Source: a virus (lineage: Duplodnaviria; Caudoviricetes). From it: 64,000 bases of DNA. Made by a program: the position numbers and the translations under genes. The DNA lies in IMG/VR virus record IMGVR_UViG_3300044898_000016, positions 1-64,000 of that record; one strand, 5' to 3'. Positions 25,541 to 34,300 of the stretch are shown here, piece by piece. Under the pieces are notes generated by a model. The model saw only the letters and a list, made by a program, of their open reading frames with translations, was not told the DNA's origin and searched no databases. Each line of letters begins with the position of its first letter. Positions within the stretch are counted from its first letter, which is position 1.

Positions 25541-26158
25541 ATGAGCAACGTACAACGTAATGTTTCCAACGCCGCAACCGAATCAGAAATGCTGCGCCAA
25601 ATAACGCGTGAGTCATCTGCTATTGAGCCGCCTAACCGCCGCGCCTTCCTACGTCTTGCTGGCACAGGAGCAGCGGGGCTGGCCCTTGGCGGTGTAATCG
25701 CCCCTATTGGCACTCCTGGCACGCCTACACCCGCCTGTAGCCCTAAATCCGTCAACGCAGAGGTTCAAGTTGCTGAGACTTTCCTAAAGGTCGTTGCTGT
25801 CGAACTGCCAAATCAACAGGCATTCATCACCAAGATTCTCAAAGTCACTGACGACTTTAATACGGATTATCAACGCGGCGACTTCGCCAACGCCGGAACC
25901 TTGTTTGCAACATTGAGCGGGGACTTTACGCATCTACTCAATGATGTCGGGGTGAACATCAACGCAAAGGTGAAAATTGCGCTGGTGTTGATTGATGCCG
26001 CGATCGCGGGGATAGCTGGATTGCTCAAGTCTCAAATCCCAGCGGCAACCCAGGCTGGCTTAATGGCTACTCTGCCCGCTGCACAACAGTCTCAAGCGGC
26101 TGTGATTGAGGCGAGAGCAGCACATGCTGAGGCGCTCTTTACGGCGATTAAGCAATAG
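25541..26158 (+). CDS. Tat-signal exported protein, possible lipoprotein
   Basis: NRRAFLRLAGTGAAGLALGG twin-arginine signal; AC downstream; helical body. Confidence 0.65.
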   Translation: MSNVQRNVSNAATESEMLRQITRESSAIEPPNRRAFLRLAGTGAAGLALGGVIAPIGTPGTPTPACSPKSVNAEVQVAETFLKVVAVELPNQQAFITKILKVTDDFNTDYQRGDFANAGTLFATLSGDFTHLLNDVGVNINAKVKIALVLIDAAIAGIAGLLKSQIPAATQAGLMATLPAAQQSQAAVIEARAAHAEALFTAIKQ

Positions 26159-26169
26159 AGGCGAAGTGA

Positions 26170-26496
26170 TTGGAACATTTCTTAACGCACTCATGGCTGA
26201 ACACAGCCTTAACACTCGCGGTGCTTTCAGGCATCGTTTTACTACTTTTGAGGAGAAGAAAGATGGCAACTGCACAAGAAGTTCATGATCTCGTCGCCGC
26301 AGGAGTTGACGCGGTGAAGACACACTTGGATCAAGCGGCGGCGCGCGTAACAGCGTCCGTTGATGCGCTCAATCAATCAATCGCAGACCTGAAGGCGCAA
26401 CTAGCAGCGGCCGGGACGCAGGCGGACTTTTCTGACGTAGAGCAGAAAGTTGCGGACTTGCAGGCCGAGGCTGATGCAATCGCGCCGTCCGCGTAA
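26170..26496 (+). CDS. TM-anchored coiled-coil protein (spanin-like architecture)
   Basis: N-terminal TM, RRRK stop-transfer, long amphipathic helix. Confidence 0.55.
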   Translation: MEHFLTHSWLNTALTLAVLSGIVLLLLRRRKMATAQEVHDLVAAGVDAVKTHLDQAAARVTASVDALNQSIADLKAQLAAAGTQADFSDVEQKVADLQAEADAIAPSA

Positions 26497-26511
26497 GAAA
26501 CGAATCTCAGA

Positions 26512-26733
26512 ATGAGATGCCCAACGTGCAACCACAGCAACAAGAAAGAACCGGAGGCGGTTCACGTTGCGGGGCAATGCGAACGGTGCAACTGCGGATC
26601 ATCGGAGATAATCAGGTGCACGGACTATTACTATCGGCCCTTCGATTACGGGGCCAACGTGCATTTATGGGCCGAGCGGTTTAGCCATATCGTTCGGCCT
26701 CAAACCAGAGCAAGATCAGGAGGCGGATACTAA
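26512..26733 (+). CDS. Small zinc-binding protein
   Basis: CPTCNH...CERCNC. Confidence 0.6.
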   Translation: MRCPTCNHSNKKEPEAVHVAGQCERCNCGSSEIIRCTDYYYRPFDYGANVHLWAERFSHIVRPQTRARSGGGY

Positions 26734-26735
26734 AA

Positions 26736-26951
26736 ATGCCACACGATAAAAACGGAAATCTGCTTGAGGTTGGTGATTTAGTAGGCATTAAGGCTGTTGT
26801 CACCGCGATTCATGCAGGCGAAGAGTATTGCAACCTATCGCTGGAAACCGAAGAAGTGATGTTTCCGGGCGACAACAAGACAGCTCTGTCGCTGAACGCT
26901 AAACAGGTGAAGAAGGTTCATCAAGCGGAGCTTCTGACTTCTACAAGCTGA
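26736..26951 (+). CDS. Hypothetical phage protein
   Basis: MPHDKNGNLLEVGDLV pattern with GGAGG SD. Confidence 0.7.
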   Translation: MPHDKNGNLLEVGDLVGIKAVVTAIHAGEEYCNLSLETEEVMFPGDNKTALSLNAKQVKKVHQAELLTSTS

Positions 26952-27036
26952 GATGTGGGAATACAGCTTGTTAAATTGAAGGGCGTGTCGCCTTGCAGGT
27001 TAAGCGCCCTATTCAAATCTGAGGTAATACGAGTGA

Positions 27037-27489
27037 ATGAGCGGAGAGATCGACCCGACTGCGAATGTGATCGCACTCAACGAGGCCGCAAACAAGCGGC
27101 AGGACGATTTGCGTCAGGCGGCAGAAAAGCTCACCGACTCCAAGATCGCAGATCTTGACAAGCGTATTACAACCAGCGCGAATCATCAGCGAGAACTAGC
27201 GAAAGCTGAAGCTGCGCGACTAGACTCGATTAGAGCGGTAGACAGGGAAGAATTGGTTAAGACCGCGCGCGCCGTGGTTGATACGACAGAGGCTATACGC
27301 AAGCAACAAGAAGCCACGACTAGCGAGCAAAACAAGCGATTGCTGGCATTAGAGTTGGGACAGTCAGCATCGGGCGCGGGCACCGCAGGCGAAAAGAGCG
27401 GACGGCTATCACAGCAAGACTTGATCAAGTATGTGATCTATTTGATTTTGGCGGCAATTCTGATTGCAGGCTACTTGAAAAAAGGTTGA
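27037..27489 (+). CDS. Coiled-coil protein with C-terminal TM
   Basis: Heptad-rich body and terminal YVIYLILAAILIAGY. Confidence 0.7.
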   Translation: MSGEIDPTANVIALNEAANKRQDDLRQAAEKLTDSKIADLDKRITTSANHQRELAKAEAARLDSIRAVDREELVKTARAVVDTTEAIRKQQEATTSEQNKRLLALELGQSASGAGTAGEKSGRLSQQDLIKYVIYLILAAILIAGYLKKG

Positions 27490-27620
27490 AAGAGGTGAGG
27501 CCACGCCCGAAAACGTGACCTCGACCGTCCATAGCCCGAGTTGGAGGGCAATACTGAAACAAGGAAAGATGTCGAGGATCGCAACCCTTCAATGAACGCT
27601 GATTTTGTAAGATTGTTCGC

Positions 27621-28010
27621 ATGAGTCATCCAGCAACCAATGTACGACTTATTCGCAGCATGCCAAAAATTGACGCCTCAAAAGGCTTGCTTAGTTTCCT
27701 GCAACGCCATTTTTCGCCACAATCGGAGGTGCAGATGGTAGCAGCCTCGCAATCGAAGGGGATCTTTCTTCCCTACCCACTGCTCGGAATCGTAATGACA
27801 ATCGGGATTGTGGCCCTAAGCGGCATCATCGCGCTGGAGGTCCAAGTGTCAAACTTGAGCACTCAGATTCTTTTGAGAGATGCAGACCAACGAGCGGCCA
27901 ATCAGATTTCATCCGACAAGCTTTCAACGCTTGAGGTCTATCTACACAATGACCGAGAGCGAATAATCAAGCTTGAGGCTGAGAAGGAAGTAATAGACAG
28001 AAAGAGGTAG
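27621..28010 (+). CDS. TM plus coiled-coil protein
   Basis: LLGIVMTIGIVALSGIIAL followed by a helix; TAAGAT -10 lies 7 nt upstream. Confidence 0.6.
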   Translation: MSHPATNVRLIRSMPKIDASKGLLSFLQRHFSPQSEVQMVAASQSKGIFLPYPLLGIVMTIGIVALSGIIALEVQVSNLSTQILLRDADQRAANQISSDKLSTLEVYLHNDRERIIKLEAEKEVIDRKR

Positions 28011-28015
28011 ATACG

Positions 28016-28267
28016 ATGCCCGACCCCGAACCGCAGCCTTGCCCCGCCTGTGACACGAAAATCATCCTAAATGGCGACGTGACGGCCCGCGTTCTCGATT
28101 CGATCTGTGAGCGTATTGATAAGTTTGTCGCCGATGGCCACAAGTTCCCTGACGCGCTAAAACTTGTAAACATGGCAAACAAGCTAGAGGATGATGCCTT
28201 TGCTTTCGCCAAGGAAGTAATGAAGCAGATCGGGTTTCAAGGGCCGTGGCCAAAGAGCATGAGTTAG
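28016..28267 (+). CDS. Hypothetical protein, probable target of the adjacent HNH cassette
   Basis: CPAC N-terminus; the C-terminus is homologous to the fragment at 28906-29043. Confidence 0.65.
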   Translation: MPDPEPQPCPACDTKIILNGDVTARVLDSICERIDKFVADGHKFPDALKLVNMANKLEDDAFAFAKEVMKQIGFQGPWPKSMS

Positions 28268-28878
28268 AACGGCGTGGTCATCGTGCGCTCAATAGTCCAT
28301 CCGCGCCGAAGTCGAGACGAGAGAGAATGAGAGTTGACGCCCATCTCGACCGCCCAATCATGAACTACTTGAGTCTTACCGTTCCATGTAATTGAAATGT
28401 TTCGTCGTGTGTTTCTGGTTTGTATATCATTCGTGGCCCAGACGCAGTTGCTCTTTGAATAGCCCAGATTGTTGTTTGTGCGTTCGAGGGAATGCCGATT
28501 AGAAGGGCGCAGGCCCATGTCGGCAAAGAATCCCTCGAAGGACTGCCATTTATCGCAAACGAGAATGCCGCGCTCGCCATAATCCGCATAGCTGGGATTG
28601 TTCGGGTTGCCGCATCTTTGGATCATGTGAGCCCATGCGGTGTATTCAGGCGTAAAGCTCATGCCGTGTCGCTTGCGGTTGTCGCTCTTTGTACCGCACT
28701 TGCCACAGGAAATGCTCGTACCATTTCGCAGGGTTGCGCCGCTCACGGTCTTTACGGTTCCGCACTGGCAGCGACAGTTCCAGTAGCCAACCTTGGAATT
28801 GCCTTTGTAAACCGAGTGCGAAAAATTAATAACGCACCAGCGCCCATACTCTTTGTTCGTCAGGTCAATGCGTGCCAT
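28264..28878 (-). CDS. HNH homing endonuclease (antisense insertion)
   Basis: WNCRCQCG...SCGKCG, YADYGERGILVCDKW, SLERTNNNLGYSKSNCVWAT. Confidence 0.92.
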   Translation of the reverse strand: MARIDLTNKEYGRWCVINFSHSVYKGNSKVGYWNCRCQCGTVKTVSGATLRNGTSISCGKCGTKSDNRKRHGMSFTPEYTAWAHMIQRCGNPNNPSYADYGERGILVCDKWQSFEGFFADMGLRPSNRHSLERTNNNLGYSKSNCVWATNDIQTRNTRRNISITWNGKTQVVHDWAVEMGVNSHSLSSRLRRGWTIERTMTTPF

Positions 28879-28905
28879 ATATTGAAGTATAACACAAGCG
28901 GCTAG

Positions 28906-29043
28906 AAACAGATAGTTATTTTAATTCCTGGTATTTCAAAGGAGTTACTTCTAAACAAGATGGAAGACGAAGCGTGCCAAGTTCAAAAGATGATCCTCAA
29001 AGGGATTCATTACGACGGGCCAACGGGTAAGATGCTGGTTTAG
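28906..29043 (+). pseudogene. Stranded homologous C-terminus of the 28016 gene
   Basis: ...NKMEDEACQVQKMILKGIHYDGPTGKMLV* aligns with NKLEDDAFAFAKEVMKQIGFQGPWPKSMS*. Confidence 0.6.
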
Positions 29044-29057
29044 TAAACGGACACACA

Positions 29058-29627
29058 ATGATTTCACTAGCCCCACGCAGGGCGCGCAAGTTCGCGGCTA
29101 AGTTGGTTTCAAACGGCTTCAATGCCGGGCAAGCCGTAATTGACTGTGGATTGACCAAGAACCGCAATTCTGCGTATGTAACCGGCCACCGACTGCTAAA
29201 ACATGCTAAGGTTAAGGAAGCAATCGAGCAACACCTTATGTCTGCCAAAATCTCTGCCGATGAAATCCTCGAAGAACTCTCCGTGATGGCTCGCGCTCCG
29301 GTTGAGAAAGTATCTGAAGCCGGAAAGTTAAAAGCCTTGGAACTTTCAGGGAAAGCGCAGAGACTCTTTGTTGATAAGGTTGAATCCACCGACACAACTG
29401 AACGCGATGCAACTGTTATAGCGATAACCGATTCGATTGACCGTGCGGCGCAGAGGTCTAATGTTTCTACCGACTTGGCAGCGATTCATCTTTTTAATCT
29501 ACTTGATGAGTCTTCACCGGCCAGGGATTTAGCGCATTGGGGAAAGTATCGTGGAGTGATTGAGGCTGACTTAGCGGAAAAGGCCCACAAAACAGCGGAA
29601 CCTGATGAAGTTGGCGGGGAGATGTAA
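29058..29627 (+). CDS. terS: Terminase small subunit
   Basis: RARKFAAKLVSNGFNAGQAVIDCG...SAYVTGHRLLKHAKVKEAI...KLKALELSGK, a Terminase_2-like pattern. Confidence 0.8.
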   Translation: MISLAPRRARKFAAKLVSNGFNAGQAVIDCGLTKNRNSAYVTGHRLLKHAKVKEAIEQHLMSAKISADEILEELSVMARAPVEKVSEAGKLKALELSGKAQRLFVDKVESTDTTERDATVIAITDSIDRAAQRSNVSTDLAAIHLFNLLDESSPARDLAHWGKYRGVIEADLAEKAHKTAEPDEVGGEM

Positions 29628-29817
29628 AAAATTGAGCGACGAAATCTTTGACTACTTACTACGGACAACCCCGCCTGACGAGCTAAAGCGTCAGTGGAAA
29701 CAAGCGCAACGCGGAATGGGGTGGTTGCTCTGGCGAGACAAACATCCGAAGTGGGCGGGGTTTATTGACGGAGCATGTTGGGCTGCGATGGCGCTGTTGC
29801 CGAGAGGAATTCACTAA
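29605..29817 (+). CDS. Hypothetical protein
   Basis: ORF. Confidence 0.45.
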   Translation: MKLAGRCKKLSDEIFDYLLRTTPPDELKRQWKQAQRGMGWLLWRDKHPKWAGFIDGACWAAMALLPRGIH

Positions 29818-31137
29818 ATGGCAACCGATCCAACCGATCCACGCCTTCAGAAACTGCTCGACGCAATGCGCAACTCTGTTGCGACCACCGATACATCTGT
29901 GCCGAGCAATCAGGTTGAGCAGCTAGCCCCCGCCACGCTCCCAATGGCCGGTGGACTGAGATTACCGGCACCGACTACTAATGATGGCACGGATGCACCC
30001 GCGTTACCGGATCGCGGGGCACCGCCTCCGGTTGCCCCTCATCCGCGTATTGGAGTGAGTTTCAAAGGGCTAACAGGTATCGATAAGTCTCTCGCCGATC
30101 TCGCTGTGAATAGAGAAGCCGCGCAGCAATTCCCATCGTCCAAGGTTGTAGATGGTGAGATATTGCCTCCTAAGATGCATCACGGATTAGGTGATCGTCT
30201 AAAATCCATCGGGCGTACAGCAGTCCTCGGTATGGGTGATATAGCGAGGAGCAATCCTAACGCCTCGACGGGTCAATTGCTTGGCGCTGGTGCGGCTGGT
30301 GCAGCGACTGGCGGCGTCTCTCCGGTTACAGGTGATGCAATGCTACGCCGAGCACAGGTACAGCAGCAGGAGGGTGATGTAGGCCGTCAACTGGACATCG
30401 CCAAAGACAACGGACAGGTGAATGCGATTAACGCAGAGCCGGGGTTGAAAGCGGAAAAGATTCGCGTGGACCAGGAGATTGCTAATCAAAAAGCAGCACA
30501 AGAGGCAGCTACGGAATCTGATCGCACTGCTCGCGCGGATGCGGCGACTAAGGCCAGTGCATTACGTGACGCTGAACTTGCTCGTCACCACAAAGAGAAT
30601 GAGCGACTCGGGGGAATTAGGGCCAATAAGATGCCCACCACTCGTGGCGAAGAAACACCTCAGCAATACCGTTCACGTCTCGGCCAATACCGTGCAGCAA
30701 CCAAGGAACTCAACGATCTAACTGCACAAGAACAAGACGCAGCGCGACGTAAGGACGCCGCTTATGCTCGTGCGTCGTCGCTCAAGAATTGGATGAATAG
30801 TAAAACCAACGATGAACAGGGTAATCCAGTTTATGGAGCGGACGTAACCGCAGCAGAGGAAGCGGCGCGTGCGGCTGAGAATCGCTGGCAGAGTTATGCA
30901 GAGAAGTTGACGGGCGCAAAGGCTAAGTTGGTTCAGTATGGAGACGTGGACGAATCAGGGAATCCGAGCGAGCCGAAACAGGCTGCGCCGCAAACCGTTG
31001 GCCCGTCACCCGCACAACCTGAGACTCGCAAGGGTTCAATTACTAAAGCGCAACAGCAACTTTGGTTATCTCATAATCCGGGTAAGTCACTTGACGATAT
31101 GAAGGTGTTATATCCTAATGCGGTGATGGTGAATTGA
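29818..31137 (+). CDS. Internal virion/DNA-ejection protein (P22 gp20-like position)
   Basis: Ala/Gln/Gly-rich helical protein with a GAGAAGAATGG hydrophobic patch, upstream of the SLT-bearing giant protein. Confidence 0.55.
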   Translation: MATDPTDPRLQKLLDAMRNSVATTDTSVPSNQVEQLAPATLPMAGGLRLPAPTTNDGTDAPALPDRGAPPPVAPHPRIGVSFKGLTGIDKSLADLAVNREAAQQFPSSKVVDGEILPPKMHHGLGDRLKSIGRTAVLGMGDIARSNPNASTGQLLGAGAAGAATGGVSPVTGDAMLRRAQVQQQEGDVGRQLDIAKDNGQVNAINAEPGLKAEKIRVDQEIANQKAAQEAATESDRTARADAATKASALRDAELARHHKENERLGGIRANKMPTTRGEETPQQYRSRLGQYRAATKELNDLTAQEQDAARRKDAAYARASSLKNWMNSKTNDEQGNPVYGADVTAAEEAARAAENRWQSYAEKLTGAKAKLVQYGDVDESGNPSEPKQAAPQTVGPSPAQPETRKGSITKAQQQLWLSHNPGKSLDDMKVLYPNAVMVN

Positions 31138-31379
31138 TGTTTCAAACATGGGAAGATAAGAAGCGAGAGACGTTTGATCGCGATGGCTCTGCGCTAGTTC
31201 TAAGGGTGGGAATGAAAACTGCTGTCCATATCAAGAATTTGTCCTACGAATGTAGTAGCGACCCGAACCACTTTAATGAACGTATGTGGTCAGAAGGGCT
31301 AACCCAAATACTGGGCTACCATCTTCCGCGTTTGCAAGACGGCGAAACCTACAAGATGGTTATAGTAGATGCCCATTGA
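31134..31379 (+). CDS. Hypothetical protein
   Basis: Overlap-coupled ORF. Confidence 0.5.
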   Translation: MMFQTWEDKKRETFDRDGSALVLRVGMKTAVHIKNLSYECSSDPNHFNERMWSEGLTQILGYHLPRLQDGETYKMVIVDAH

Positions 31380-34300
31380 CGGCAACGAAGATCCCTATTT
31401 CACTCCCGATCCTTCCCCTGCTCCACGGCGGGGTGTAACCAATAACTATGACGAGATAATTGACCGGCACGCAGCGCGTACAGGGCTGGATGCGAATCTG
31501 GTTCGTGCGGTGATCGGCCATGAATCCGGCGGCAATCGCGTAGCGGTATCGCCCAAGGGCGCGCGAGGGCTTGGTCAGTTGATGCCGGCGACGGCAGCGA
31601 GGTTTGGAGTGAAGGACGTTAACGATCCTGAGCAGAACATTCGTGGCGCTACTGACTATTTGAAGTTTTTGACCGACCGCTACAAGGGCGACACGGATAA
31701 GGTACTGGCGGGTTATAACGCGGGAGAAGGGAATGTTGATAAATACGGCGGCATCCCACCTTTCAAAGAGACTCAAAACTATGTTCCTGCGGTAAAAGCG
31801 CGATACGTTAAGCTCACAGGTCAGCAACCGCAATCGACTTCGCAAGACCCTTACTTTACGCCTGACACAAAAGGGCAGAAGGCAGCGCAGCCAGCCACAA
31901 CGGCAGACTCCTATTTCACTCCCGACGCTCAACCAGCTCAAGCGCTAAGCACAGGCAAAGGCGCGGTTCGGCCCGTCTCTGCTCCTGTACGTCGATTTGG
32001 TGGTGGACAAGTGAAACCGATGGCCCCTCGAAGTCTAACCACAAACGATGCTGCATGGCACTTCGGCATGACGCCGGACGAGGCGCGAACGATGAGTCCA
32101 AAGGCTGCTCAGGTATTACAAGCAGCGGTTGCGGATGATGCGCGCAAGAAAGCGGCGGGACAGGCGATCACCGCACCGCCCTTAGCCTATCAAAACCAGA
32201 TGCGGGCGCAGGCCGGACTAAAACCCCTGCAATACAACATGCCGACGCAAACGGACGCACGAGCTCCCTACTTCAAGCCAGAGGTCGGTTCTCTCAATAT
32301 AGACAGGCCGATTGTCGTCAGAGAACCACGTTCAGGTTTCACTACTAATCCCCAGAACGACGATCAGATGAGACTGGCTATTCGCGCTCAAGTAGCAAAG
32401 GAAATGCGGCCCGACGATCAACGGTTACTTGACAGCGGAGAAGGACGTAGCGCGGAGATTGACGCAGAGACGAATCGAAGACTTGCCGAGATTAAATCAA
32501 CGCAAGCTCGTGAGGCATCGCAGATACAGACAGGGCCAAGTGCTCAGGCTGCTCCCGACAGTACAGTTTCGGATCGACTGAAACAGATACTTGGAACTAC
32601 CGTTCCTGCAATTGGATTAACTCAAGGGCTGAATCTGAATCAGCGTGACCAGCAACGGCTGAATGACATTATCGACAAGTACGCGCCGGGAGTTGCAGCA
32701 CTGGATACGCCTGAAGGCATCAAAACTGACCTTCCGCGCGGCTTAATCCACGGTGCGACATTAGGAGCGGTTGGGCGACCTAAGCCGACTGATAGTAAGG
32801 AAGAGGTACTCCCCGGCATGACGCGGTTTGGATTTGGTGAGACGGCGGGTTCACTCGTTCCTCTCGCCGCAACGGAAGGGTTATTACCAGAGGGTCTAGC
32901 TCCAGCAGTGCGCACTGCTGCGACGTTCGGAGTGACGGGAGCAGGACGACAGGCCGTAAACGCCGCCGAAGGGCGTCCGGTTGACCTTAAAGCTCCATTA
33001 GTTGACGCTGCGCTTGGCTTGGTGATGGGTAGGTTATCTGGGGCTGATCCATCGATGCTGAGACGGGCAGCCGCTTACGTTGCGCCGGGATTGGCACTTG
33101 ATATTGCACAGGGATCGAGCAAGGAAGACGCAGCACACAGAGCGTTGGTGAACCTAGGGTTTGCCGTTAGTGGAGGCGGGAAGGAATCGCCAGCCGAATC
33201 TGAAGCCGACCCACGCCCAGCCAGCATTGCTCCTGTAATTGCCGATGCTCGCGCTGAACGAGTGGCAGATGCAACACAAGGCGCACAACCGTTAGAAACA
33301 ATTGATCCTAAACTGGCACGTACCGCGCTGGGAACGGCGCTAGCACAGAGGGGTGGAAATGAAGTTAACGACACAGGAAGCCGAAGCGATGTTTTGGCGG
33401 AACCAGATGCAGTTGGCAGTATCAGAACGTCGTCCAATACCAGAGCAACACCCGAGGCAAGCGTGGTGGACTCGCCTGGATCCGCCAACCCAATCATCCG
33501 CCACTCCGATCCCCGAATCGACGGCGGCGAAGTCATTGGACGAACGGGAGACGGAAAGCTAAAGGTTCAAAATAACGAAGGCGGCGTTTCAGTAGTGCAA
33601 GATCCACGGCGACAGGGAAACCGTGAGGCCGCGATAGTACGAAGCCCGCCAATAGAACAAGCATCAGAACCCGCGCCCGCAGAACCTGCTAGTCAACCTG
33701 CTCTAGTCACACCAGAAGGGGGCGGATCGTCGCCCTCCACGCCTGAGATTGTGAAGCCGTGGGAAATGACACGCTCTCAAATTGAGGATGAGTATCAGCG
33801 CAAGAAGGCTGAAGACGACAACTTGGAGGAGTCGATCTTAGGGCCAGAATTGGCGAAGCGATATGCGCGCCTTCAGCGTTCTGCGAATAGTTCTTATGAC
33901 ACCGAGAAGGCCAATCGCGCCAGCGATGAGATTGAGAAGATCGAAGCGTCATTGTCAGAACGTGATCGCAATCGTCTCTATGGCATTGGCGAAGAAGGGC
34001 CGCAGGTCGATGAACTGAAGGACTATCGGCAATCGCTTGGCAATCTGGACGATCACGATCCACGGTCACTTGCCGAGAGTATGCGGTGGGCCGTGAGTCG
34101 CGTTGGGAGAGAAACCGATCCGGCGAAAATGACGCATGAGCAGCGCGTTGCCTACGGCACTCTGCGCGAGGCAGCACGGATCGCTTACGAGAACGGTTGG
34201 GATACGCAGGCTATTTCACGGGAAGCAGTGAAGGCAGCAGCGGGGCGATTTGCCGATCCTGAAGATGCTGCATTTATGCTTGATAGGTTCATCAAGAAAG

